Notes under the pieces: model-generated
Told to the model about the DNA's origin: nothing
The model's input: only the letters and a program-made list of their open reading frames with translations
Databases searched by the model: none
Translations under genes and position numbers: made by a program
In this document: one piece after another, positions 27,635-37,006 of the stretch
Position numbering within the stretch: the stretch's first letter is position 1
Layout of the letters: the number at the start of each line of letters is the position of its first letter
From: Candidatus Levyibacteriota bacterium
GTDB lineage: Bacteria > Patescibacteriota > Microgenomatia > Levybacterales > UBA12049
Assembly: GCA_052034235.1 (NCBI GenBank)
Contig: JBPOIT010000008.1
Span: 79,081 to 143,080 of the forward strand
DNA length: 64,000 bases
Direction of reading: 5' to 3'

Positions 27635-29335
27635 CTAAGCCGCTTCTAAAACCGGGAAAATATTTCCAGGCGCCATAACACCATGAGGATCAAATGCTTC
27701 TTTAAACGCTCTCATTTCTGCAATTCCTTTATCACCAACCAATTCTCTTAGTAATGCCTGTTTCACAGGATGTTCTCCAACCGCATGTTCTGCAGTACCT
27801 ACTCCTCCCAACTCTCGAATTGCTCTCGTACTTACTTGTAATAATATACTAGCTGCTGCAGTAGCTTCTTCCTGCGTTTTAGGCATTGCGTTTCGATGCC
27901 CGTTTCCTTCACCATGCCCCCATTCGACACTTTGAATATCTCCCAAAGCTGTTTCATACCAACCAGATAGTTTTTCTAAATCATCTGGGTTCACACACAC
28001 ATCTGTTCCACTTTTTTTTATTCCACGCCCGCGCATGATTCGATTTACTGTATCAGGAACATCTTCTCGTATACCTATAAAATATTGCTGGGTTTGCTTA
28101 TCTTCAGGTATGGCACCTAATACTCTCGAGTCATCATTTACATTTATACCAACCGCAGTGATGTTATCACCCAATAACTCTAAGGCTGTCATATCATCAC
28201 CAGGAAGTTCCATTTGTACCAAAACGAGCGCATTTCCTTTTTCACCTGGTGGATTGAAGCTACCATTTTCAGCAATCAGTTGTCTCGCACCAGACCCAAT
28301 ATATTCAACAGCACTTAGGCCACCTGGTTCTTTCGTCTCACGTTTTTCTGGCTGTTGTTGACGCAATCTCCGCACAAGTTCGTGCATCTGCTGATCATTG
28401 TCACACACAACAAGTGCCATTGCTGTAGGAGGCTCTGGAAGAACACGGAGCGATAATTTTGTAATTGTCCCTAGTGTACCCTCACTTCCTACCAGCATAT
28501 CAATCAAATCAACTTCTCCTTTTTCATTTCGCTTTGTGTTATAACCCGCAGAAATCTTTGGGACGTCAGGCATGGCATATGTAGGAACTGGAACTTTTCT
28601 TCTTGAAGTACCATCTGGACTGACAATTTCAAAATAATCAGGATCACCTTCTTTTTCACCTTTTTGAGAGAATGACTCACCTCGTTTAACATTTATAATT
28701 TCACCTGTAGCCAAGACCATTTCGATTCCTTCTACAAATTCATTTAATTTTCCATATTTGTAATTAAGAGCACCCCCATTATTTGTTGAAGCACCACCAC
28801 CCACAGTTGCACGATCATATGTTGGCGCACAAGGAAGAAAAAGGTCTTCTTGTTTTAGTTTCTTATTGAGATCACTAAATGTTACTCCGGGTTCAACTGT
28901 GACGACTTTTTCACCGTGCAGGGTTGTTTCTACCTCACCAATTCCGGTAAGTTCCTGCATATTAATCAGTACATCATTATGTGGGACAGCGGCACCGGTA
29001 AGAGAAGATTTTGCCCCAAAGGCAACAATACCTCTTACTTCTCCGTCAGCTTTCAAGCTGACTGCTTTGCCCATGACAAACGCCACTTCAGCAGCACCTG
29101 AACCCGGTTTCATTGTGTACATTACAGGGGATTCACCTTTAAAACCCGCTTCATCACCAACATATGTTTGTATTGTTAATTGATCAGATGTTGCGTCGAT
29201 TCTAGAGAAATCAGGTCTTTCTGTTGCATACCTCGTTCTAATTTCATTTCGTGGTCTGCCTGAACGCTCATGTAAGGGACTATCTGGCGTTGCTAAAGGC
29301 TGTGGTCTATAGATATCTGGTCTCACGCTGAGCAT
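27635..29335 (-). CDS. FAD-linked oxidase (GlcD / D-lactate dehydrogenase-like)
   Basis: PCMH-type FAD-binding region (TVGGGASTNNGG) and C-terminal oxidase domain; 566 aa. Confidence 0.6.
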   Translation of the reverse strand: MLSVRPDIYRPQPLATPDSPLHERSGRPRNEIRTRYATERPDFSRIDATSDQLTIQTYVGDEAGFKGESPVMYTMKPGSGAAEVAFVMGKAVSLKADGEVRGIVAFGAKSSLTGAAVPHNDVLINMQELTGIGEVETTLHGEKVVTVEPGVTFSDLNKKLKQEDLFLPCAPTYDRATVGGGASTNNGGALNYKYGKLNEFVEGIEMVLATGEIINVKRGESFSQKGEKEGDPDYFEIVSPDGTSRRKVPVPTYAMPDVPKISAGYNTKRNEKGEVDLIDMLVGSEGTLGTITKLSLRVLPEPPTAMALVVCDNDQQMHELVRRLRQQQPEKRETKEPGGLSAVEYIGSGARQLIAENGSFNPPGEKGNALVLVQMELPGDDMTALELLGDNITAVGINVNDDSRVLGAIPEDKQTQQYFIGIREDVPDTVNRIMRGRGIKKSGTDVCVNPDDLEKLSGWYETALGDIQSVEWGHGEGNGHRNAMPKTQEEATAAASILLQVSTRAIRELGGVGTAEHAVGEHPVKQALLRELVGDKGIAEMRAFKEAFDPHGVMAPGNIFPVLEAA

Positions 29336-29386
29336 TATAACATACTTATTTGACGTGAAAGAAAGCTGAGGAGTATACTTCTTTTT

Positions 29387-30478
29387 ATGACAACTGTTCC
29401 TCTGAATGATATTCTTTTTCTGGCTCAGAAACTTATTTCCATCCCGTCTGTCACAGGAGATATCGACAAGTCAATTGATGTGTTACAAATTGCAAAAAAA
29501 GAACTGTCAGATTTTTCTTTTACGCCATATGCTTCAAATGGCTATCCGAGTCTTTTGTATACGAATACGCCGGATACCAAACAGTTTAAAATAATCCTCA
29601 ACGCACACTTGGATATCGTCCCCGGATTACAAACGCAATTCAGACCATATGTACAGGACGGCAAACTCTACGGTAGGGGAGCATATGATATGAAAGCTGC
29701 TGCTGCTGTTATGGTCTTGCTCTACAGAGAAGTTGCAGAAACTTTACCTTTTAGTTTAGGATTACAAATAACAACTGATGAGGAATCAGGAGGACTAAAC
29801 GGTACGCTCCATCAAGTAAATGAAGGTGTGAGAGCAGAATTTGTAATCACAGGTGAATCGGGAAGCAATTTTAGGATAATTCATGAATCAAAAGGTATGC
29901 TGCATCTCAAACTCATTTCAAAGGGCGTTGCATCGCACAGTGCTTACCCATGGCGAGGCAGGAATGCAATTATACAAATGTACCAAGCATTAGAAGAAAT
30001 ACATAAAATATATCCTCCGCTTACAGAAGAAAAATATCAAACCAGCATTAATATCACACATATTTCAACACCCCAATCTTCGAAACATACAGTAACCCCA
30101 GATGTCTGTGAAGCTATTTTGGACGTTAGATATCTTCCGAATGAACATGATTCAGTGATAAAAACTATTCGTTCAATTATGCCAGAGAAAATTGGATTCG
30201 AAATCCTGCTTCATACGCCACCACATGTAACAGATAGTAATAATGAATATATTCATCACCTTAAAGAATTAACTCGAGATTTGTTGCATAAAGATACTGC
30301 ACTTATCAAACAACATGCCACATCTGATGCGCGCCATTTTACGTCAGTCAACTGCGCGGGAGTAGAGTTCGGACCCGTAGGTTATGGGCAACATGATGAT
30401 AATGAGTGGGTTGATATTAATAGTCTTGAAAATTATTATAAAATCCTTCAATCTTTTCTTAAATCTCTTGAGAAATAG
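29387..30478 (+). CDS. M20-family metallopeptidase / deacylase (ArgE/DapE-like)
   Basis: AHLDIVP, TTDEESGG, GESGSNF-type M20 metal-binding motifs; 363 aa. Confidence 0.65.
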   Translation: MTTVPLNDILFLAQKLISIPSVTGDIDKSIDVLQIAKKELSDFSFTPYASNGYPSLLYTNTPDTKQFKIILNAHLDIVPGLQTQFRPYVQDGKLYGRGAYDMKAAAAVMVLLYREVAETLPFSLGLQITTDEESGGLNGTLHQVNEGVRAEFVITGESGSNFRIIHESKGMLHLKLISKGVASHSAYPWRGRNAIIQMYQALEEIHKIYPPLTEEKYQTSINITHISTPQSSKHTVTPDVCEAILDVRYLPNEHDSVIKTIRSIMPEKIGFEILLHTPPHVTDSNNEYIHHLKELTRDLLHKDTALIKQHATSDARHFTSVNCAGVEFGPVGYGQHDDNEWVDINSLENYYKILQSFLKSLEK

Positions 30479-30561
30479 TATATTTTTGCTCTGTTAATTC
30501 CTTACAAAACACTTACACAAAATACTTTACAAATTTATCAGCACTCCACTATAATGAGTTC

Positions 30562-30667
30562 ATAATTATGTCAAGACATACACATTGCATGAAGAAGATG
30601 GTTATTAACCCCTAGCGGGCGGTGACTATCATGATGCAAACACCCGCTACAATGAGCGGGTTTTTTT
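30562..30667 (+). ncRNA. candidate ~105-nt small RNA or orphan leader (promoter TTTACA-18-TATAAT at 30526-30555, terminator cccgct-acaatg-agcggg + U7 at 30643-30667)
   Basis: promoter and intrinsic terminator bracket a short non-coding stretch; contains only a 15-codon ORF (30568-30615, MSRHTHCMKKMVINP) without SD. Confidence 0.3.
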
Positions 30668-30768
30668 GTTTTTATGGATGAGCATCAAAATTAATGTCTT
30701 GTTTTTGTCAGGACACGGGAGTATATAGGAGATATAATATCTTTTCGTTTTAAATTTAATATAAATAT

Positions 30769-32238
30769 ATGGATCTTAAAAATAAATTACTCTTTGACAA
30801 AGGTCAACCAATACAATTGGGGCTTGGACTCCACAACATAGGAAGTGGCGTACTCCGTTATTCTCATGAAGACGTTAAAAAAACAGTTCAAGATTATTAC
30901 GCACAGCGCTGCGGACATCTGCCGCTCAATGCCAAAACAGTTGGCATGCTCGTTGATGAAATAACAGAAGATATCCGTTCACAAGCCGCATATCTGAGTC
31001 AGTTATACGGAAGAGAAATCAAACTGCTAACGCATGAAGATCTCAAAAAACTCAAAACGAAACCACTCATCGTACCTTATATCCTTGTTCCAGAAGTTGA
31101 AGAACAATTTTCTAAAATTGATGCAAACATGTGGGGGATTCCGGGCAAATTAACACATGTGTTGAAAAACAAATCGGAATTCTATCGCATGGTCAATGTT
31201 CTTAAAGTGGACGATTTCCGTGTGCCTGATTATCAAACTGCCTATTTAGCAGAAGTTATCCCGTATACTAAAGCATTTCTGAAAAAAATTGAAGATATGT
31301 ACACGGAAGCTGGCGTAAGAAATACGTACCCAGTAGGTGTCATGCTACGAGCAGCTGATGAAGATGGTAACTTTGGAAGCTCACTGCTTTATGAAAAAGG
31401 CAAATATGTTGTCATGATCCCAAATGGGGAAATTAGTGACGCACGTGTTTATGGTAATTGGGAAGAAGCACTTGTTAATTCAAAACGCATCCTCGCAGCA
31501 GCCATGCAAACCCAAAAAGAGCCACGTGTCGTTGTAAGCAGATACATCGATGTCGTTGATTCACCAGGATTATCGGTTGTTATACTCAAGGGTTCGGTCT
31601 TTTCACTTGGATGGAACGTACAAACTCAAAAAGAGCCGAGTCGAAACCCTGTCGTTGCTGGAACATACCGTCCAAAAGATCCAATTCTTAAAGGACTTCA
31701 GGAGAAATACGAAACATATTCAGCAAAAGTACTCGAAAAATACCTTCGCAAAACAGCGGAACGCTGCAAAATTGATTTTAATGCAATTGAAGGAATTGCA
31801 AATATTGATCTTATCATTCCAAGTGCGTTAGAGAAAAAATTCCAGGAAAAACGCGGCAATAAAATTGACTTTTACTTTGCAGAATGTAACCCTCGCTGGA
31901 CCACATACTCAGACGCAGTCTTAACAGTGCTTGGAGCGAGAAAACTAGATGCTACAGTTAACAATATGCTCAAAGTTATCAAAGAGGGTATCGCTATTGT
32001 CGATAATTATAAACTTCCAAGTACTATCGATCCAAGAAGTGTCCGTGATCTTATCTACCAAAAAGATCAAGAATTGCAGAAACAAGGCACTAGAATTATA
32101 TGTAGAATGACAACTAATCCAATGGGGGTTATCTTCGCAGGAGATATTGAACTTGCGCAACTTGAGATGAAAAATATCGTAAAGAGTCTCCATTCGCAAA
32201 ACGTAACACGTTCTGCTGCGGAATTTCTTTTTCAATAA
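30769..32238 (+). CDS. hypothetical protein, possibly ATP-grasp-fold ligase
   Basis: 489 aa; C-terminal FYFAECNPRWT resembles the ATP-grasp E-x-N Mg-binding motif; otherwise unrecognised. Confidence 0.3.
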   Translation: MDLKNKLLFDKGQPIQLGLGLHNIGSGVLRYSHEDVKKTVQDYYAQRCGHLPLNAKTVGMLVDEITEDIRSQAAYLSQLYGREIKLLTHEDLKKLKTKPLIVPYILVPEVEEQFSKIDANMWGIPGKLTHVLKNKSEFYRMVNVLKVDDFRVPDYQTAYLAEVIPYTKAFLKKIEDMYTEAGVRNTYPVGVMLRAADEDGNFGSSLLYEKGKYVVMIPNGEISDARVYGNWEEALVNSKRILAAAMQTQKEPRVVVSRYIDVVDSPGLSVVILKGSVFSLGWNVQTQKEPSRNPVVAGTYRPKDPILKGLQEKYETYSAKVLEKYLRKTAERCKIDFNAIEGIANIDLIIPSALEKKFQEKRGNKIDFYFAECNPRWTTYSDAVLTVLGARKLDATVNNMLKVIKEGIAIVDNYKLPSTIDPRSVRDLIYQKDQELQKQGTRIICRMTTNPMGVIFAGDIELAQLEMKNIVKSLHSQNVTRSAAEFLFQ

Positions 32239-32290
32239 ACCGCAATTGTTTTCAGCTTCAAGTTTTGTTACAATCTAATCTGTTGAAACC

Positions 32291-32364
32291 GGGCTCATAG
32301 CTCAGTTGGTTAGAGCGTTGCATTGACATTGCAAAGGTCAGTGGTTCGAGTCCACTTGGGCCCA
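32291..32364 (+). tRNA. tRNA-Val (anticodon GAC)
   Basis: acceptor GGGCTCA/TGGGCCC (one G-U), D arm GCTCAGTTGGTTAGAGC, anticodon stem TTGCA/TGCAA loop TTGACAT, T arm AGTGG-TTCGAGT-CCACT, discriminator A. Confidence 0.85.
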
Positions 32365-32382
32365 CACAAATTAAAATATCTA

Positions 32383-32410
32383 CCCTCCCAATTTGGAGGG
32401 TTTGCTTTTG
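32383..32410 (+). terminator. intrinsic terminator after tRNA-Val (ccctcc-caattt-ggaggg + T-rich)
   Basis: hairpin followed by tttgcttttg. Confidence 0.5.
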
Positions 32411-32416
32411 CTACGT

Positions 32417-33241
32417 ATGTCATTACCGGTTGAGATTGAAAGACCTTATTTTGAACCAGTCGAATTATTAGGAACAGAACATAAGTTTTGGCCTAATGTG
32501 ATAGATGTTCTCCAAACACATGATACAAGAACTCTATATGATCGAGTTGTTGCTGTTGCCAATCAGGCTCCAAATGTAGACTTAGTGGCAGTACATGAAA
32601 TGATAGATGTTATCTCCCTTGAGTATGGTGATAAACCACCAAGAAAATTAACCGGAGATAATGAAATAAATCACTCTCTTCAAGTGTTTTTAGTTGGTGC
32701 AGAATTGATTGGTCCGGACAGTCTAACAACTCAACAGGCACAAATCATGTTAGGACATAATCTGGTTGAAGATACTACTTTGCCACGTCAGGTTCGAAAA
32801 AATATGGGAACTGTTGTTCATGATGGAATTGATGCTCTCAGTCACCATGTAGCTGGTGTAGCACGTTTTCCAAATGGTGATAAAACTCCTCATTTCAATG
32901 AAATTATAAATGCTCACGATGATCCTGAACATGATAAATCGGAACTTGTAACGATCAAAATAGCAGACTTTATCGTTGTTGGAAATGATCCATTAACTCC
33001 TAGCGAACTTGTAGACTCAACAAGAATACCACAATGGCAATCGATGACCGACAAAAAGATTCGTGAAATGAAGCTCTTCAAAAGTCTTCTACCCCAAGAA
33101 CAAACCGGTGCTCATCGAAGATTAAGGGAAGCTATTGCATTTACGACACTTCGGCAAGACCCACAAGCACAGACAAAACTTACCGAAGTTTTACAGAGAA
33201 GGACTGCTCAAGAACTTCCTAGACAAGTACCAACAAAATGA
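32417..33241 (+). CDS. HD-domain protein related to small alarmone hydrolase (Mesh1/SpoT-hydrolase-like) with HD dyad replaced by HN
   Basis: EINHSLQVFLVGAEL...LGHNLVEDTT aligns by eye with Mesh1/SpoT INHPIGVA...LLHDTVEDT; ATG at 32417 preferred (TTG 32393 lies in tRNA terminator). Confidence 0.45.
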   Translation: MSLPVEIERPYFEPVELLGTEHKFWPNVIDVLQTHDTRTLYDRVVAVANQAPNVDLVAVHEMIDVISLEYGDKPPRKLTGDNEINHSLQVFLVGAELIGPDSLTTQQAQIMLGHNLVEDTTLPRQVRKNMGTVVHDGIDALSHHVAGVARFPNGDKTPHFNEIINAHDDPEHDKSELVTIKIADFIVVGNDPLTPSELVDSTRIPQWQSMTDKKIREMKLFKSLLPQEQTGAHRRLREAIAFTTLRQDPQAQTKLTEVLQRRTAQELPRQVPTK

Positions 33242-33819
33242 CAAGTAACAATGCCTACCAGTTATTAACAAAGTACATGCAGAACAAAAACCTGCTGAAG
33301 CATTCTCTTGCAGCTGAGGCAGCTATGAAGGGAATTTATCGCCATCTTACTCCTCAGGACAAACAAAATGAGACTGATGAAGAAATTTGGGGAATTACAG
33401 GATTACTTCATGACATCGATTATGAAGTTGCACAAAATGAAGGCAAACTCGATCAGCACGGGACATTTGTTGGGATAGCGGAGAAAGACGCATTACCAAA
33501 GGATATTGCCCACGGCATTCAGGCACATGCTTATGTCTATTCAAAAGTTATGCCCGAATCACCAATGGATTGGGCAATAACAGCTTGTGATCAGCTTACT
33601 GGTCTTATTGTCGCTTGTGCGCTCGTACAGCCTGAGAAAAAACTCTCAATCCTTACTACCGAATCAGTCCTTAAAAAATTCCGGATGAATGCATTTGCCA
33701 AGGGAGCGGATAGAAACGCAATTCTATTTTGTGAATCAAAACTAAACATTGAACTTGCGCAGTTTGTCGAAATTGTCCTCAAATCCATGCAAGGTATAAG
33801 TAAGGAAATAGGATTATAA
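33238..33819 (+). CDS. HD/HDIG-family phosphohydrolase-like protein
   Basis: LKHSLAAEAAM...GITGLLHDIDYE (H...HD) pattern; 193 aa; ATGA overlap with upstream gene. Confidence 0.45.
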   Translation: MTSNNAYQLLTKYMQNKNLLKHSLAAEAAMKGIYRHLTPQDKQNETDEEIWGITGLLHDIDYEVAQNEGKLDQHGTFVGIAEKDALPKDIAHGIQAHAYVYSKVMPESPMDWAITACDQLTGLIVACALVQPEKKLSILTTESVLKKFRMNAFAKGADRNAILFCESKLNIELAQFVEIVLKSMQGISKEIGL

Positions 33820-33829
33820 TCACTTATAT

Positions 33830-34099
33830 TTGACAACCGGTTCTCATTCCATCTACACTTTTAATATGGCTAAGCAAATCCAACCATTTGAACGTAGTAC
33901 CAAACTAAAACTTCCTGAAATTCTCTTTAATAATTTCGTAGGAGGACTTTCGTGGGGTATAGGTGCAACAGTAGGCGTCGCACTCTTTTTTGCAGCACTC
34001 ACTATGATCGCTCAAAACATCAATCTTGTCCCTGTGGTCGGTACTTTTGTTTCTGACATCATAGATTTCATCCTCAGAACTAATCCAAATTTGAAATAA
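33830..34099 (+). CDS. small membrane protein
   Basis: 89 aa ORF with one long hydrophobic segment (GGLSWGIGATVGVALFFAALTMIA). Confidence 0.35.
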   Translation: MTTGSHSIYTFNMAKQIQPFERSTKLKLPEILFNNFVGGLSWGIGATVGVALFFAALTMIAQNINLVPVVGTFVSDIIDFILRTNPNLK

Positions 34100-34139
34100 C
34101 GAAACGCTAATAAATAGCAACCAGTGAGCGTTTTTTAGA

Positions 34140-34712
34140 TTATGCCGTTGCTTGCCTAGCGGAAACCCTTTTTGGCTTATTCCTTAATGGTCTAACTAAA
34201 GTTTGCAAAGCTTTAACAACACGGGGATTTGTTTTAGGATTTTGTTGTGCTTCAACTTGTTCAACAATTTTTTCCATTCGCAAATATCCCTCTATTGATT
34301 CTTCATCTGTCTCAGGGTTTTCATGAAGTTCAGTCAGTCCATTTTTCAAACGCTCTGCTATCCCCTGAGAGAAAGTATACTTGTAAACCCCTTCATCGAG
34401 ATCAAATATAATTTCTTCATATGGACTTTCTTGCTGATGAGCCTGCTGTTCATTAATTACTAAAATTCTAATTTGATCAGTTGAAGAGGTACGATCATAA
34501 CTCATCGTAACCAATTGTCTTCCACTTCGTTGATCGAGCATTTCTCTTCGTGTTTGTGGGGTGGTAGTTACTTCATCCGATTTAGGATACGGTAACTCAT
34601 ATGTGCTAGGAGAAAAAGACGAAACGCGGTTCTTTATTGTTTTTGTCAATTGAGAGATATCATCATGAGTTACCTCACGAGTCATTGCTATTTCTGGAGA
34701 TATTTCTGCCAT
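34140..34712 (-). CDS. hypothetical protein
   Basis: 190 aa ORF, acidic, no motif recognised. Confidence 0.4.
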   Translation of the reverse strand: MAEISPEIAMTREVTHDDISQLTKTIKNRVSSFSPSTYELPYPKSDEVTTTPQTRREMLDQRSGRQLVTMSYDRTSSTDQIRILVINEQQAHQQESPYEEIIFDLDEGVYKYTFSQGIAERLKNGLTELHENPETDEESIEGYLRMEKIVEQVEAQQNPKTNPRVVKALQTLVRPLRNKPKRVSARQATA

Positions 34713-34748
34713 ACAATCATTCTACACGAATTATCACACTTCTGAAGT

Positions 34749-35033
34749 TTACACCCGTGATGGGTGATTTTCATGGGGACGTGCACCTACCGCTCCTGCA
34801 AAACCTGTACGACTATTGCTAAAAGGCAGAAATCCACATTTTTCTCTGGCTAGTTCAAACACAGTACCTACTACGGGCCCAAAAGGTTGCCGCATCTCTC
34901 GGAGTCTCTGCCTTCGCTGTATATGCCAATCACTAACTTCTTTAGCCATCATCGCCATTCCTTCTGCGACTGCAACATTTGGTGATCTCAATTCATACAT
35001 GCTTGAATTATAACATACCTTCAAGAAGTACAT
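34749..35033 (-). CDS. hypothetical small protein
   Basis: 94 aa ORF. Confidence 0.3.
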   Translation of the reverse strand: MYFLKVCYNSSMYELRSPNVAVAEGMAMMAKEVSDWHIQRRQRLREMRQPFGPVVGTVFELAREKCGFLPFSNSRTGFAGAVGARPHENHPSRV

Positions 35034-35147
35034 TTATTACCCTGTTTTAATCACTTGCGCAATTCTCTCAACACATAATTTTTTACAATTAATATATATT
35101 TAATATCATATCTATTACTGCTATACTATTTCCGTTAGAGAAGGGGG

Positions 35148-35561
35148 GTGAAAGAAATGACGGCTATTAAAGACATTGAAGGAATTGGTGCAGCACAGGA
35201 AAAGAAGCTTGTTGCCGAAGGAGTAAAAACAGTTGAAGGATTACTCGACGCAGCAGGAAGCGCCGCCGGACGAAAAAAGCTTGCTGTAGCAACAGGAATA
35301 AATGAAAAACTACTCCTCGAATGGGTAAATCATGCTGATTTATACCGAATCAAGGGTGTAGGTTCTGAATTTTCTGATTTGCTCGAAGCAGCAGGTGTTG
35401 ATTCTGTCCCAGAATTATCTCACCGAAAAGCAGAAAATCTCCATGAAGCGCTTGTGGAGGTCAATGCAAAGAAAAAATTAGTGCGCGTACTACCAAGTGT
35501 TGAAAAAGTCCAGGACTTTATTGACCAGGCGAAAAAACTGAAAAAAGTAGTTACACATTAG
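35148..35561 (+). CDS. DUF4332-like helix-hairpin-helix protein
   Basis: repeated IEGIGAAQEKKL / IKGVGSEFSDLL HhH-like segments; 137 aa. Confidence 0.45.
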   Translation: MKEMTAIKDIEGIGAAQEKKLVAEGVKTVEGLLDAAGSAAGRKKLAVATGINEKLLLEWVNHADLYRIKGVGSEFSDLLEAAGVDSVPELSHRKAENLHEALVEVNAKKKLVRVLPSVEKVQDFIDQAKKLKKVVTH

Positions 35562-35576
35562 TTTTCACTTTCACAC

Positions 35577-35605
35577 AAAAAAACCACTCTTCAAGAGTGG
35601 TTTTT
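35577..35605. terminator. bidirectional intrinsic terminator (A7-ccactct-tca-agagtgg-T5)
   Basis: perfect 7-bp stem flanked by A-run and T-run. Confidence 0.65.
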
Positions 35606-35662
35606 GGTTCTTCAATTTTCCTCAAAAATGTCCTCCCACAGGCATTTGACTTATGCCTAAAG

Positions 35663-37006
35663 ATGACCTATAATATTTCGATGCGTGAAAGAATATTCTC
35701 TTCCAGGACTGGGAGAACAGTGCGTGCTTATGCCTCATTGGGCATGATGCCTTTTGTTGGAGGATTTAGTGCTGAAACTGAAGCAGTATCTCAAACAACT
35801 GAGATGCGCCCAAGTACAAGCACCGTTCAGACAGTTACACAAGTCACAACCGGTGGTGTTGATTTAGATCGCGGGCAAGTTATTCTGGAAAAGCGTACCG
35901 TGAAGCCTGGTGATATGGTCACTCAGATAGCTGTGGATCAGATACATGCAGCAGGTAAAAAAAGTACGAGAGTAGGCAGGGATATCGTTACAGCATTTAC
36001 TGCAACAGCTTCTTCACTCAAAGATGCAGATATTATCGTACCCGGCAAACAACTGTCAATTCCTGATAGAAAAACTGTACGTAAACTTGTCGAAGCCGGT
36101 AGGGGAAAAGGGGATCCCAAGACAGTAGCGGAAGTGAAACAACTTGCTGATGCAATCAGAGCAAGTAATAATAATTTTAACGATAAAGCGGTGCGAGAAG
36201 AGGCAACAGATGTCATACAAACACTAACTCATGGCAATACTCAACCAACTATCGCTGAGTCACCAAGTACGAATGAACAACCCAGTGAAGCCCAGTCACC
36301 TAACACCAACACCGTCCCTCAAGTATCGCGTGGTGGAATTATAGAGTCACCAGAACAACCTACTAATATATCAACCCAACAAGTGCCAACTGCAAATGAG
36401 ACAAATGATAATAATAGCCCTTGGGTACCACTTGTCCCCCTGAGCGCTGTTTTACTAGCTGCAAGTGCGGTCGTAGGGATAGGTTACAACTCTTTAAAGA
36501 AAAAATATCCACCAGATCCTGAGAAGAAAAGCGGCAAGGAAAAGTTTTTGACATGGTTAAAAAAAGGACGCCCGATTCCTCAAGAGACTCAAGAAGATGT
36601 GAACGCGTGGTTATGGGAGGACGGCATACTTGCAAAGCTTAAGGCATCTCCATATAGACCATACCAAAGTGATGAATCATGCTATTTTGAATACTTCAGA
36701 AACACTTCTGATGTGGAAAGAATTCTTGCCAGAATGAATGGGCAACTTGATAAGCAAAGTAAATCCCATCTGGAAGCTTTTAAAGAAAATATATTTAATA
36801 AAGATAACCTTGTATTGGTAGTATATCTGGAGGAACCCAAATGGGGATATAAACTCATACCACGTATCGATGTTATAGAAATACCCAACGAGGAAAGTCT
36901 TATTGCCACAGGAGAAATACCTGTTGTGCCTGGTACACTTACTTATAGAACATTACACCCTGGCATTGGAAGAGACACGCAGGAGAGACCTCTCGTTCGA
37001 GGGTAA
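35663..37006 (+). CDS. LysM-domain membrane protein with low-complexity Thr/Gln/Asn-rich linker
   Basis: RTVKPGDMVTQIAVDQ...IIVPGKQLSIPD LysM pattern; TM helix WVPLVPLSAVLLAASAVVGIGY; start moved downstream because 35597 lies in terminator hairpin. Confidence 0.5.
   Translation: MTYNISMRERIFSSRTGRTVRAYASLGMMPFVGGFSAETEAVSQTTEMRPSTSTVQTVTQVTTGGVDLDRGQVILEKRTVKPGDMVTQIAVDQIHAAGKKSTRVGRDIVTAFTATASSLKDADIIVPGKQLSIPDRKTVRKLVEAGRGKGDPKTVAEVKQLADAIRASNNNFNDKAVREEATDVIQTLTHGNTQPTIAESPSTNEQPSEAQSPNTNTVPQVSRGGIIESPEQPTNISTQQVPTANETNDNNSPWVPLVPLSAVLLAASAVVGIGYNSLKKKYPPDPEKKSGKEKFLTWLKKGRPIPQETQEDVNAWLWEDGILAKLKASPYRPYQSDESCYFEYFRNTSDVERILARMNGQLDKQSKSHLEAFKENIFNKDNLVLVVYLEEPKWGYKLIPRIDVIEIPNEESLIATGEIPVVPGTLTYRTLHPGIGRDTQERPLVRG

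Noticed and set aside
30568-30615. 15-codon ORF MSRHTHCMKKMVINP as regulatory leader peptide
   Set aside because: No codon bias toward a single amino acid and no SD; treated as part of a candidate sRNA instead
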